A stretch of DNA of 64,000 nucleotides. Source: Octopus vulgaris (lineage: Eukaryota). The position numbers and the translations under genes are program-made. Each line of letters starts with the position of its first letter. Within the stretch, counting starts at the first letter, position 1. The DNA is taken from NCBI GenBank assembly GCA_951406725.2, contig OX597825.1, positions 70,742,001 through 70,806,000 of the forward strand, read 5' to 3'. The notes below the pieces were generated by a model that saw only the letters and a list, made by a program, of their open reading frames with translations, did not search any database and was not told the origin of the DNA. Shown piece by piece: positions 39,560 to 52,582 of the stretch.

Positions 39560-39561
<2 letters not shown>
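39424..39561. repeat. Long inverted repeat between microsatellites
   Basis: 39434-39462 is the exact reverse complement of 39523-39551 (29 bp); inner agaaatagc/gctatttct pair. Confidence 0.88.
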
Positions 39562-39645
<84 letters not shown>

Positions 39646-39646
39646 A

Positions 39647-39867
39647 CAAAGGGGATTTGAAAAGTTCCTGGCTTTAGATAAAAGAAAATACAGGAGGATC
39701 AGATAATTATGATTTTATTCAACATATTCTCCTCTCTGATTTACACACTTATTGCAGTGGTCCTTCAGTTGTTCTAAGCCCTATAAAAGAACCTGGAAGG
39801 CTGGGTCCCCAACCTGGCCTTTTGCAATACCCTTAAAGACAGGAACTTTTCAGCACCCACCCCCTTG
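39647..39867. mobile_element. Mariner-type MITE
   Basis: TA|CAAAGGGGATTTGAAAAGTTCCTG ... CAGGAACTTTTCAGCACCC..CCCCTTG|TA; second copy at 41668-41863. Confidence 0.8.
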
Positions 39868-39906
39868 TATATGAATGTGTGTTTTATTGTTTCCTTGCCT
39901 TGTGTA

Positions 39907-40555
39907 GCTAAGAAGGCATGTAGCTAAGTGGTTAGGGTATTCGGCACACAATCATAAGGTTACTGGGTTCAATACCCAGCAGTGCATAGTATCCTTGGGC
40001 AAGACATTTTATTTCATGTTGCTCCAGTCCACTCAGCTGGGAAAATGAGATGTACCTGTATTTCAAAGGGCCAGCCTTGTCACTTTCTGTGTCACGCTCA
40101 ATCTCCTTGAGAACTATATTGTGGTTATGCATGTCTGTGGAGTACTCAGCCCAGCCACTTGCACAGTAATTTCACAAGAAGTTTGGTTGAGTGAATCAAC
40201 TGGATGTGGAGGCACATGGCCTAGTGGTTAGAGCAGCGAACTCGCGGTCGAGGGATCGCGCGTTCAAATCTCAGGCCAGGCGATGTGTGTGTTTATGAGC
40301 GAAAACACCTAAGCGCCACGCGGCTCCGGCAGAAGGTAGTGGCGAAACATTCCACTGACTCTTTCGCCACATCTTTCTCTCTCTCTTTCCTCCTGCATTT
40401 TGCAGCTCACCTGCGACAGACCGGCGTCCCGTCCAGGTGGGGAACCTATACGCCAAGGAAACCAGGAAACCGGCCCTATGAGCCAGGTGTGGTTTGAGAA
40501 GGAACAAACAACAATCAACTGGATCACTCATCATCATAACTGACGGAGCACCAGT
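39907..40555 (+). mobile_element. CORE-like SINE with tail T1, interrupted by a younger C-type SINE with tail T3 (40206-40512)
   Basis: Inner element flanked by 12-bp TSD AATCAACTGGAT (40194-40205, 40513-40524). Confidence 0.85.
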
Positions 40556-40916
40556 TTCTTTGGTTTGACTTCAAGAGGTGGTTGCAGACACATGTCCTCA
40601 TCATGCAAAGTAGTGTCCTTCGGTTCCTATCTTCCGCAAAAACATGTCTGGTCATGGGGAAACATTACCTTACTTGGAAACAGATGAGGGTTGGTGACAG
40701 GAAGGGCATCCAGCTGCAAAAATAATCCACTTTAACAAATTCTGTCTGACCAATACAAGTATTGAAAACGATGATGATGATGATGATAAGTATAATCTTC
40801 CATATATGTGAAGACACATAGCCTTATGTGGGAGTGCAATGGACTAGTGGTTGGGGCAGTGGATTCGCAGTCGTAGGATCGCGGTTTCGATTCCTATGTG
40901 AAGACACATAGCCTTA

Positions 40917-41229
40917 TGTGGAAACGCAATGGCCCAGTGGTTAGGGTAGCAGACTCGTGGTCATAGGATCGCGGTTTCGATTCCCAGACCGGGCATTGCG
41001 AGTGTTTATTGAGTGAAAACACCTAAAAAGCTCCACGAGGCTCCGGCAGGGGGTGGTGGTGATCCCTGCTGTACTCTTTCGCTGCAACTTTCTCTCACTC
41101 TTTCTTCTGTTGGCCTTCTCGCTTAGCCAGCAGGGTGGCATCGTTTGAAGGCTAAAACAATGCGAAACGCATTGTGACCAGCGATGTGGAATAACATCTG
41201 ATAGCCTGGTCGGTCACGTGATCACATGA
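40917..41229 (+). mobile_element. SINE family C + tail T2, full length
   Basis: tRNA-like head, C body, tail ending 'ggtcacgtgatcacatga'; TSD-like ACA(T/C)AGCCTTAT. Confidence 0.82.
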
Positions 41230-41667
41230 CACAGCCTTATAGTTAGGGTATTGGTTTCACAATCATAAGGTTGATGGTTCAATCCCACCCATGACCAGGT
41301 AATGACGTGTATTGTGATCATTGGACAAGATAGTTTATTTTACATTCCTTTAGTCAACTCTGTTGATAATGAGTATTGTCCAAATTGATAATAGGTCTTA
41401 ATTATGCAAACTGTATTTTATAACAATTAATATCCTTATGTTAATGAAACATAAGATGGTGTGACTAACCAAATGTCTTTCACGCTTTGTTTTGTTTTGT
41501 TCCCTACATACAATTTGTGTAATAATCAAACCCGGATCTCACAACAAAGGATACAATTACAGTACAAGAATGGAAATATATATGGAGATCTAAATACTGG
41601 GTAATTTGTCACGACATAATTTAAGGATTTAATTTCCATTGAATTAATATATATTTACATATAGGTA

Positions 41668-41863
41668 TGAGGGGGTGCTGAACAGTTTCTGGTTTTGGGT
41701 AAAAGAAAATGCAGGGGGGATCGGTTAATTATGATTCCATTCAACATGTTCTCCTCTCAGATTCACACACTTATACCTTCAGTCTTTCTAAGACCTGTAA
41801 AAGAACACAGAAGGCTGAGTCTCCAACCAAGCCTTTTGGGATACCTTTAAATCCAGGAACTTT
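41668..41863. mobile_element. Mariner-type MITE, right TIR truncated next to a SINE
   Basis: TA|TGAGGGGGTGCTGAACAGTTTCTGG; homologous to 39647-39867. Confidence 0.75.
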
Positions 41864-41871
41864 CCTATGCA

Positions 41872-42270
41872 TAGGTGCAGGAGTGGCTGTGTGGTAAGTA
41901 GCTTGCTTACCAACCACATGGTTCCAGGTTCAGTCCCACTGCGTGGCACCTTGGGCAAGTGTCTTCTACTATAGCCTCGGGCCGACCAAAGCCTTGTGAG
42001 TGGATTTGGTAGACGGAAACTGAAAGAAGCCCGTCGTATATATGTATATATATGTATGTATGTGCGTGTATGTTTGTGTGTCTGTCTTTGTCCCCCTAGC
42101 ATTGCTTGACAACCGATGCTGGTGTGTTTATGTCCCCATCACTTAGCGGTTCGGCAAAAGAGACCGATAGAATAAGTACTGGGCTCATAAAGACTAAGTC
42201 CCAGGTAAAGGGTCGAGTTGCTCAATTAAAGGCAGTGCTTCAACATGGCCGCAGTCAAAATGAGAAAAAG
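41872..42270 (+). mobile_element. SINE family A, full length, consensus-like
   Basis: 'ggtgcaggagtggctgtgtggtaagtagcttgcttaccaaccacatggttcc.ggttcagtcccactgcgtggcaccttgggcaag...'. Confidence 0.88.
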
Positions 42271-42824
42271 AGATATATATATTCACACAGACACATACAT
42301 ACAAGTATACAGATTTATAGGAGAGCTTCTATACCAGTCATGAACTGGGGACAGCGGGATTTTCTAAATTGTAGGCCAATGAAAAACTACATTGGATTCT
42401 TTTTGTTGTGTTGCCTTCCTGACAATGAGCCATGTCTCATGCAATCCACTTCTTAGGAAATGCTGCCCATGCCTGCTCTGGGGAGCGTTTTTCGACATGC
42501 TAGAAATAGCAGCACATGTTTCTCGAATCGCACCCACCTATGTTTAGAAACAAAAAGTGACATTCAATCACATATTTGACAAGTTTATGTGTAAAATACT
42601 TCCGATCAAAGATCCACTCCATTGTGAGCCATAGACAGCAGCAAGAACAACAACAAGAACATACAAAAGTGCTATTTGCCACACAAACACACCCAATTCA
42701 TTATGGTAACCTTTGAAATGGGGTAATTAGCAAGGAAGTAAATTTGATAAATATTCTTTGATTCTATTATTAGAAAAGCAGCTATTATTAGCAATAATTA
42801 TCAATAAACATTAATTGTCATTTA

Positions 42825-43200
42825 TTTGTTGTTGTATAACCCTGAGCCAAACCTGACCAAACAAACCCAGAAGCAGATGAAAGCATACCAGCCATGACTG
42901 CCTTGCCAATTAAGGGTACATAACACTATGAAGCATCACCATCATAATTCAAAGATTGCTGTTGTTGTTTAACCCTGGGTCAACCCTCATTGAGCTAACC
43001 TATGATCAAAGGCATTCCATTTGTGACCAACCTGACATATAAGAGGATGTAGAGCTATGAATTTAGGATATGTCTATGAATCATCATCAACACAATTTAA
43101 TGCTATTTGGTACTGTTATTGCTTAGCCCTGGGTCAAACCTCACTGAGCAAACCTATAAACAGTGTCACTCCAACCGTGACCATACTGCTTTTTTTTTTT
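42825..43200 (+). repeat. Three diverged tandem copies of an old dispersed repeat
   Basis: Motif 'aaccctgggtcaaccct.attgagc..acctatgatcaaaggcattcca...tgacca' three times; related fragments near 3720, 4950, 20950 and 50600. Confidence 0.55.
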
Positions 43201-43467
43201 TTATGAGGGATAATGTAGGACTATATTGTCTCATGTACTTAATAAATTTGAGACTCTGAAGTGGCATTGTGTTGCCATTTTTGCCTAGTATTAATCTCTA
43301 ACATTCATCTTTTTTTTATCTTTTACTTATTTCAGTCACTGGATGATGGCCACATCTTTTTAACCTGGTATTTATTCTATCAGCTTCTTATGTGAAACTG
43401 CTAAGTAACAGGAACATAAACAAACCAACACCAGTTGTCAAATGGTAGTGGGGGACAAGACAGACAG

Positions 43468-43505
<38 letters not shown>

Positions 43506-43510
43506 GCACG

Positions 43511-43556
<46 letters not shown>

Positions 43557-43559
<3 letters not shown>

Positions 43560-44430
43560 GGTGCGATGGGTAAATTGTTGCCATTAAATATTTTTAATTT
43601 CGCGCTTGCACATTGTATAGTTTGTTTTTGATTTTGTTGACTACACAGTATAGTAGGGTCAGTTGGGCACCGTCTGTAACAAAGACAGCACCATGATACA
43701 ATTCACTCTGCTAGAAATTTGGAAATGATATGCTGTATTGCTTGGCATTCTCACCAGAAGCTCCAATGTAAAATTTCAGAGTATTTGGATGTCAATCTGA
43801 GGACAGAGCAATCTGGGGACATGTACCAAGAGTTATAAAAATCAACATCCAATCAACAACATGGTGTTTGGGGTAATCACTAGTTATGGCAACATTATGC
43901 CTCCATTCATCTTCCAACACAGCCTCAGGCTCAACATGGAGGCCTCCATCAAGTGCCTGGAGGAGGTAGTGCTGCCCTGGGTGAAGAGGGTGGCTGTTGG
44001 AAGATCCGATGTCTGGCAACAGGACTCTATACCATGCCACACAAGCAGGAGGGCCCAGTCATGGCTGTCAAACAATTTCTGTGACCACATCACCCTTAAC
44101 ATCTGGCCACCTAATTCCCCAGACTGCAACCCCTTCATTATTGTGTGTGGAGCACAGTGGAACACAAGACCAAAAAAACTCCTTGTAACACCAAAGAGGG
44201 ATTGAAGGCAAGGATTATGGCAGCATTCACCAACTTAAACAAGGAAGAGTTGAAGGAGAATCCTAAGTTGCCTAGAGGCTGTGGTTGAAGATAATGGAGA
44301 TTTTATTGAATAAATTTACTCTTTAGTATTTCGCGATATTTTTATGTAATTTTGCTAAATATATCTGTTAAAATGAGACGTCAGAGTTATTTTCATTTTT
44401 GCATAACTTAGACAACAGTTTATTCACCAC

Positions 44431-44436
<6 letters not shown>
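43557..44436 (+). mobile_element. Internally deleted Tc1/mariner maT (DD37D) transposon, copy 2
   Basis: TIRs GAGGGTGCGATGGGTAAATTGTTGCC / GACAACAGTTTATTCACCACACCCT; MVFGVITS.G..MPPFIF...VWQQDS.PCHTS...WPPNSPDCNP; 37 residues from QQD to the third-Asp position (intact LDY in copy 1). Confidence 0.87.
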
Positions 44437-44480
<44 letters not shown>

Positions 44481-44759
44481 TATACACACATACATATATA
44501 TATATATATATACATATATATACACATATATATAAACGTATATATATACATACATACATAGAGATATACATACATAGATATATATATATACACATATATA
44601 TACATACACACACACACACACACACACATATATATGTATGTATATATATAATCCAATATACATACATATATGTATACACACAAATACATACTCTTTATTT
44701 CTTTTACTAGTTTCAAGCATCTGACTGCAGCCAAGCCAGAGCACTGCCTTGAAAAGTAT

Positions 44760-44799
<40 letters not shown>

Positions 44800-44907
44800 T
44801 AACACACCATAGGCACTTCCGACACGAGTGTGAATACACTGAATAATTTTATATTTTTGTATGATAAAACAAATACATTACACACTAAAAATGTGACCTC
44901 GTGTGTA

Positions 44908-45088
44908 CCGTTGGCGATCTTTTTCCTCTGTCTTCCCTTCTCTGGATCTTTCCTTCTCCTATGTTTCCGAAAAGAGCTCCGCTCGAAACGTTAAACCCTC
45001 CTTCTTTCCTTCTTTCCTGAGCGTCCAATAATACTATATTTGATCCACATCCTCGCGCTGTTGTGCTTTTTGGCTTTCTTGTTTGGAT

Positions 45089-45093
<5 letters not shown>
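44908..45093 (+). mobile_element. Penelope-like terminal repeat H1 with hammerhead-like motif (44963-44996)
   Basis: GTTT-CCGAAAA-GAGC(tcc)GCTC-GAAACGTT^AAAC; ends 'ggattaac' followed by (TA)n. Confidence 0.65.
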
Positions 45094-45151
<58 letters not shown>

Positions 45152-45394
45152 TCTTTACTCTTTTACTTGTTTCAGTCATTTGACTGCGGCCATGCTGGAA
45201 CCGCCTTTAATCGAGCAACTCGACTCCGGGACTTATTCTTTGTAAGCCCAGTACTTATTCTATCGGTTTCTTTTTGCCGAACCACTGTAACGGAGACCTA
45301 AACACACCGCATCGGTTGTCAAACAATGCTAGGGACACACACACATACATACATACAATTGCATGCATACACAAGCATACAGACCAAACAAATA

Positions 45395-45462
<68 letters not shown>

Positions 45463-45835
45463 ATGTGTGATTTGTTCATTTTACATCCGTTCTTCTATGC
45501 TAGCATGTACGTATGCATTACACACACACACACACACAAGCATACATATACACACAAATATATAGTTAAAAATTGGTGTTTTGATATATGCTGGAAAGCA
45601 AATGAATGCTGACATGAATCACAAACTCAATGCAGGTGTAGATTCTATTTATTATGATTTTATCAACAGTGACTTCGAAGCTTCAACAGGTGTGTATCGG
45701 TTAAGACTTGTGAAACCACCGTCAGCAAAATCATAATAAGCATGTCTTAAGCGACAAAGTACCACCCACACACATATAAAATAACTGAACTACTCAGCTA
45801 AATATTTAATCATGTTTTAGTTTGTGTGTGTATGT

Positions 45836-45899
45836 GAGAGAGAGAGAAAGAGAGAGAAGAGAGAGAGAGGGAGAGAGAGAGAGAAAGAGAGAGATAGGG

Positions 45900-45938
<39 letters not shown>

Positions 45939-45963
45939 AGAGGGAGAGAAAGAGAAAGAGAGA

Positions 45964-45996
<33 letters not shown>

Positions 45997-46012
45997 AGAG
46001 GGAGAGAGAGAA

Positions 46013-46060
<48 letters not shown>

Positions 46061-46084
46061 AAAAGAGTGAGAGAGTGTGTGTGT

Positions 46085-46162
<78 letters not shown>
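45836..46162. repeat. Imperfect (AG)n followed by (TG)n microsatellite
   Basis: Direct reading; source of the ER/SL-repeat ORFs. Confidence 0.95.
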
Positions 46163-46164
<2 letters not shown>

Positions 46165-46496
46165 ATGCAGTTGTAGAACAGGTAGAGCAAGACGAGCCAG
46201 AAATAAACGGAATGATTATTTTGAAAGGGAAAAGTGGATACAAGAACTTTTAACAGAGGTTATAGAGTTCTTTGCAAGCAAACATTTCGCTTTTCTCTAA
46301 ATATAAATTCTTCCTGATTAACTATTTTCATACCAACCTGCCTGAAGCCAAAATCACTTTTTGTTCTGATACAGATTCCATTTTACATTTAAAATCTAAA
46401 TTAAAATCTCTCGTTAAAATTTCATTGTGATTACTGTTTTCTGTTCCTAACTCCAGCTTCTTAATAACAACAAATTTATTTTATTAAATTCTTCAA

Positions 46497-47046
46497 TCAT
46501 CATCATCATCATCATTATTTAACGTCCGTTTTCCATGCTAGCACAGGTTGGATGGTTCGACCGGGGTCTAGGAAGCCAGAAGGCTGCACCAGGCTCCAGT
46601 CTGATCCGGCAGTGTTTCTACAGCTGGATGCCCTTCCTAATGTCAACCACTCCGTGAGTGTAGTGGATGCTTTTTACATTCCACTGGCACAGGGGCCAAG
46701 GAGTCTGGCAATGGCCACGATCAGTTGGTGCTTTTTACATGCCACCAGCAAGGAAGCCAATCAAGGCGGCACTGGCATGAGCCATGTTCGGATGGTGCCT
46801 TTTACATGCCACCGGCATGGGTATCACAACTACAATTTCCATTTGATTTTTATGTTGATGTTGATGTACTTGGTTCAATAGGTCTCCTCAAGCACAGCAG
46901 GTCACCCTACGATCCAAGGTAAGCACAGCAGGTCATCCTACGATCCAAGGTACTTTTGAATGGGCTGGGGCTGGTTATGCGAAAATCGTGTAGGATACAG
47001 CCGTGAACTCACTTTATTTGTCGGGTCTTCGCAGTCACAGCATATT
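46497..47046 (-). mobile_element. Longest family E copy: RTE-like ORF end + long 3' UTR, inserted in a P1-like MITE (about 46317-47117)
   Basis: Minus strand begins 'tatgctgtgactgcgaagacccgacaaataaagtga' (YAVTAKTRQIK*), continues through the hairpin units to (GAT)n; host MITE ends 'aaaagggttaa'. Confidence 0.65.
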
Positions 47047-47339
47047 CAACACCTTTTTAAAAAAATTAATTCAAACAATGGCAATGTATTTCAACAGAAA
47101 AATGGTAAAAGGGTTAAATTGAAGGGTCTCCAGATAAATCAAGGAAAACTCTGATGAAAAGTGGGAAGAAACTAGTTGTTTCTGTCATTGTTTTTTAGCC
47201 CTCAGTTAATCCTTGACCCAGTGTATTCTAACCATGATGATAATCATTTTTTTCTTTTGTTGTGGAGGTGGGCGGGCAGTGTGTCCAGTAGGGGCATGTG
47301 TGCTAGGGGTGCACTGCACACCCATCCTAAAATGGCAAA

Positions 47340-47750
47340 TCTATATATATAAAACTGTAGTTGTGTGAGTGTCTGTCCCCTTCGATTTAGAATTCCTAAC
47401 CCAATGTACAACCCACATTTTGCGGTGCAGTTTAACCAAATTCGGGTATCTTATAGTCGTGATTCATATCGAGCCCGTCTGAGTATTAGCGCGCATCTAC
47501 GATGAGTCTACGATTTTAAAAATAATTTAACATCATTTTTTATTCCATTTTAATGCATAATTTTTCGTGTGTCGATGGCGACGGAGTTGGTGTCCATGGT
47601 CACACCTGCACCTGTTTGCTTCTCCCCCTTCTTCCCTCCCTCGTGAAGCTGTGGGGAAGGGGTGTAAGGAAATCAACGTCGTAAAGCGTTGTCAAGGAGA
47701 CCAGCGTTCTTTTAGAACAAAGACTTCATGGCTTGAAGACAACAAAACAG
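47340..47750 (+). mobile_element. Helitron-like 5' portion
   Basis: A|TCTATATATATAAAA..GTGTGAGTGTCTGTC start resembling the 30868 end; no 3' CTAG/hairpin found. Confidence 0.55.
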
Positions 47751-47752
47751 AA

Positions 47753-47791
<39 letters not shown>

Positions 47792-48382
47792 ATCATCATC
47801 ATCCAGGGTTTTAAATCCAGGTTTTGTCCCCCTTAACAGGGGTGGCTGGATCTACCTCAATGCTATAACAACTGCGGCAGGCAGGTGCAGTGCACCCCAA
47901 CCTTTGGGCTGGCTGGTGCCCATTCTCCCTTGCTATCATGAGGCTTTTTTGGAGCTGGATTTTCCACAGGGTGCATGCCCTTACTTACCCCCAACCACAG
48001 TTTGTAGACATGAATGGTCCTGAGACCAAGGCCTCATCATCATCATCATCGTTTAGCGTCTGCTTTCCATGCTAGCATGGGTTGAACGGTTCAACTGGGG
48101 TCTGGGAAGCCAGAAGGCTGCACCAGGCCCAGCCTGATCTGGCAATGTTTCTACGGCTGGATGCCCTTCCTAACGCCAACCACTCCGTGAGTGTAGTGGG
48201 TGCTTTTTACGTGCCACTCCAGACAATATTACCATCCAGTGAAATGAACATAAAATCACCCATCGGAGGGATTTCTGGAATGACTGACAACTAAAGTAGC
48301 CATAGACATTAAATACTGATCAATATGGTTAGCCGTAACCCGGAACATAACTGTTCCACTCGGATGATACATCCTTCGAAAC

Positions 48383-48455
<73 letters not shown>

Positions 48456-48889
48456 TGTATATATATATATAGGACACATTAATGTTTGTTTTTATGTTCA
48501 ATTATAATAAAAACAATTTTTGCCCTAATCTGATGAGCTCTATACTTTTGCAGAGTATACATATCTATCATTCTTGTATTCTTGGACTGCCAACTGGTTG
48601 GCAACAGGAAGCGCAACCAGTCAGAGAAAAGCTGCCCAAAATATATTCCATTTTACCTGTACAAGTATGGTAAAATGGACTTTACCATATAACGATGATG
48701 ATGATGATGATGGGGGTGATACTGTAATTTAGCTGTTATTTCTAATAGACCGACCAACCACATACAGGTTCCTCATTGCTTGGTTTAGTTTGGTTCTTCC
48801 TTAAGTCATATCAGAAACAGAAAAAGAGAATTGAAATAGTGAAATTTAGCTGCTATTTCCAGGACACTCGCTGATCATACAGGAGTGGT

Positions 48890-49256
48890 TCCATGGTTCC
48901 AGGTTCAGTCCCACTGCGTGGCATCTTGGGCAAGTGTCTTCTGCTATAGCCCTGGGCCGACCAAAGCCTTGTGAGTGGATTTGGTAGACGGAAACTGAAA
49001 GAAGCCCGTCGTATATATGTGTGTATATATATATATATATATGCGTGTGTGTCTGTGTTTGTCCCCTTAGCATTGCTTGACAACCGATACTGGTGTGTTT
49101 ATGTCCCCGTAACTTAGCGGTTCGGCAAAAGAGACCGATAAATTAAGTACTGGGCTTACAAAAGAATAAGTCCCGGGGTCGAGTTGCTTGATTAAAGGCG
49201 GTGCTCCAGCATGGCCACAGTCAAATGACTGAAACAAGTAAAAGAGTAAAAGAGTA
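48890..49256 (+). mobile_element. SINE family A, 5'-truncated, tail A1
   Basis: Ends 'gactgaaacaagtaaaagagtaaaagagta'. Confidence 0.85.
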
Positions 49257-49794
49257 AGTCTCCTCCTTTGTGAGTTATGTAGATCTTAACTTTGCCTTAT
49301 CAGAAACAGGAAAAGAAACTTTGTAACGACAGGCTATATTTAACTCTTTCATAATTATATTTCTCAGGAAACAACACGTTATTGATGCTTTAATTAAATT
49401 TGGAAATATTGAAGAATTTGAAAGGTGGGTACAGGTAATAAAATATCACATTTGTCATTATCAAACAGATGAATTAACAAATGATGATCAAAGATTTTTA
49501 ATTGAATCTGAACACATTAAAATGTAAGGATTTTGTATTAGAAAACCAGTAGCAATGACAAGGAATAACTTTTTTTTCTTTATGGCTTTATGGCTTTAAG
49601 GTAAGGCATTTGCTTCCCAACCACTTGGTCCCAGGTTCAGTCCCAACGCATGTCACCTAGGGCAAGTGTCCTGCCCATTATAGTCCCAGGCCATTCAAAG
49701 CCTTGTAAGTAGGTTTGAGAGCAATGCTGTACAGCTTATGATATGGTAGACACTAAACATCCACACGCAGTGTCTTTTCAGTTAGCCAAAGGGA

Positions 49795-49814
49795 GGGAGA
49801 CAGACAGACACACA

Positions 49815-49873
<59 letters not shown>

Positions 49874-50195
49874 AGGCAGGCAGGCAGACAAACAGAGATA
49901 GACAGAGACAGACACAGACAGAGATAGACAGACAGACAAGACAGGCAGACAGACAGACAGACACAGACAGAGAGACAGACAAGACAGGCAGACAGACAAA
50001 CAGAGACAGACAGAGAGACAGGTAGACAAAGGCAGACCAGGCAGGCAGGCAGACAAACAGAGATAGACAGAGACAGACAGACACAGACAGAGAGAGAGAG
50101 AAAAAAACAGAGATAGACAGACAGACAGACAAAGACAGACAGACAGACAAAGACAGGCAGACAGAAAAAGACAGGCAGACAGGCAGGCAGAGAGA
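49795..50195. repeat. (CA)n + degenerate (GACA/GGCA)n satellite
   Basis: Direct reading. Confidence 0.9.
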
Positions 50196-50506
50196 AGGTA
50201 ATTTGTTACACCAGGAAGTGTGTTCATGGGGGGAAGCATAATTATTTAACCCACAAAATATCAAAATAGCTATTAGATGAACCCTGCAGTTAATTTATGT
50301 CAGTTTTTTAAGGTAGATTTCTCTGCTAATTAGTTTTAAGTATCGGGAAGGTCTTCGTTACAAAATGCAATATATCTCAATTAGACTTTGCTGCTCCTGC
50401 TGGCCTCTTGGCTTAATCATTTGAATAAGGATGTGAGTGTATGTGTATGTGTGAGTGAGTGTGCATGTGTGTATGTGTGAGTGTGAGTTGCTTGTTCATT
50501 CATTTG

Positions 50507-50537
<31 letters not shown>

Positions 50538-50661
50538 AGGAGGAGGAGGAGGAGGAGGATGTAAAACATTGTACAAAGTGTATCTAGTTGTTGCTTAACC
50601 ATGATAGAAGACCTACAATAAAGACCTTCCAACTGTGACCATCAACATTTTTTGTTCAAAC

Positions 50662-50715
<54 letters not shown>

Positions 50716-51825
50716 GTGCGAGAACCTTTTTTTCTAAAAAGCTTTTCTCTTAGGTTTTGGTATTTTGCCTTAATTTGTCATATTACCTAAAAACAGAAAT
50801 TGAGAGTTCCGAGGAAACGGGGGGGGGGGGGGCTAGAAAGAAAGAAAGAAAGAAAGAAAAGAAAGAAAGAAAGAAAGAAAAGAAAGAAAGAAGGAAGGAA
50901 GGAAAAACTATTTGCATGTATGATGCCCATGCTAACAACCAAGCACACATATACTTCCTCTTTTACACACACACACACACACACATACACACACATACAC
51001 ACACTTCCTCCTTGTGCCCTATCCCCATACCCACACACACACACGCACTGCTACCCACTACCACCCACGACCATCACCTCGTGTTCAGTTCTCGTTGAAA
51101 ATTACTTTTAATAGTTTCATTATCAGCTTTCATGTTATTACAGTTCCATATAAAAGTCGTTAGATGTTTGGATTGAAATTACGTTTAGAGATGTTTCGGA
51201 GATTAATTGTAGACTCACCACAGCTTGGTTTCGCAAACGGAGATTCAGGAAGTTGGGGCAGGGGGTGGGTGCTGTCCGCATCTAACAGAGGCTTGCTGTT
51301 GGCTGATAAATTAAATTATAATTTGTTCTTATAGCTTATAGAGAAACTCCAGTCATCAAAGACCCCGCTTAGAAAGAGCAGCTAAATTTGTCTTCCCCCA
51401 TTCAACAAGCATGCACCCTTCAATCATGTACTGCCATCAAACATCTTCAAAGAAGAGCAGTGACAGGAGCCTTTATGTGACCAACTGACCTGCAAGAAAT
51501 AACAGTCAAATCTCCCCAGATACAGTTGATAATGTAGTTCCAGATATACTGTTTCAAAAAGTATAAAAGGAGAGGATTGACTAGAGGCTATATACAACAG
51601 CAACAATTACTGTTAAACATACATACGTTTACACAGATACATATACATACTCATACACACACACACATATACACTCACACATATATATATTAATATATAC
51701 CTGCTAATTCAGAAACCTACTATGGATCCTAGCTCCAGCCTCAGCTACAAACATGAAACCTAATGGATGACCAATTATAGTACTGACAGAGAGTAAACCC
51801 CTTATACATTCTCTCTTTCTCTATC

Positions 51826-52021
51826 GTTGGCGATTTTTTTTTTCCTCCGTCTTCCCTTTCTTGGATCTTTCCTTTTCCTAAGTTTCTGACAAAGAGCTCC
51901 GCTCAAAACGTTAAATCCTCCTTCTTTCTTTCTTTTCCTGAGTGTCCAATAACACTAATACTTGTTCCACGTCCTCGCATTGTTGTGTTTTCTCTTTGTG
52001 TTTTCATGTTTGGATTAACTA
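51826..52021 (+). mobile_element. Penelope-like terminal repeat H1 with CpG-decayed hammerhead (51882-51915)
   Basis: GTTT-CTGACAA-A-GAGC(tcc)GCTC-AAAACGTT^AAAT; both core changes are CG>CA. Confidence 0.62.
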
Positions 52022-52196
52022 TATATATTTAATGTAGGATAAAATTTTTTTCGAAAACAAATTTTATCAATGGCCAGCATATTAAAAAATACATTTAACG
52101 TGAGTATTGTGATAAAAACTATATGATAATGGACAATATGTCCAAATGTTCGGCATATTTGACATTGAGAAATTATTTATAAGTTGTATCTATCTA

Positions 52197-52230
<34 letters not shown>

Positions 52231-52233
<3 letters not shown>

Positions 52234-52582
52234 TTTTACTTGCTTCAGTCATTTGACTGCAGCCATGCTGGAGCATTGCATTAGTCAAACAAATTGACCC
52301 CAAGACTTATTCTTTGGAAGCCTAGTACTTTTGCTTTCTTTTGCTGAACTGCTAAATTACGGGGACATAAACACACCAATACTAGTTGTCAAGCGATGGT
52401 GGAGGGACAAACACAGACACACATACAACAGGCTTCTTTCAGTTTCCATCTACCAAAACCACTCATAAGGCTTTGGTCGGCCCAAGGCTATAGTAGAAGA
52501 CACTGGCCCAAGGTGCCATTCAGTGGGACTGAACTTGGAACCATGTGGTTGGGAAGCAAGTTTCTTACCACGCAGCCATGCA
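52231..52582 (-). mobile_element. SINE family A, full length
   Basis: Reverse complement of the family A head and tail A1. Confidence 0.82.

Noticed and set aside
47145-47186. CTGATGA...GAAACTAGTT hammerhead-like match
   Set aside because: The sequence between the boxes (aaagtgggaa) cannot form stem II, and stem I is poor.
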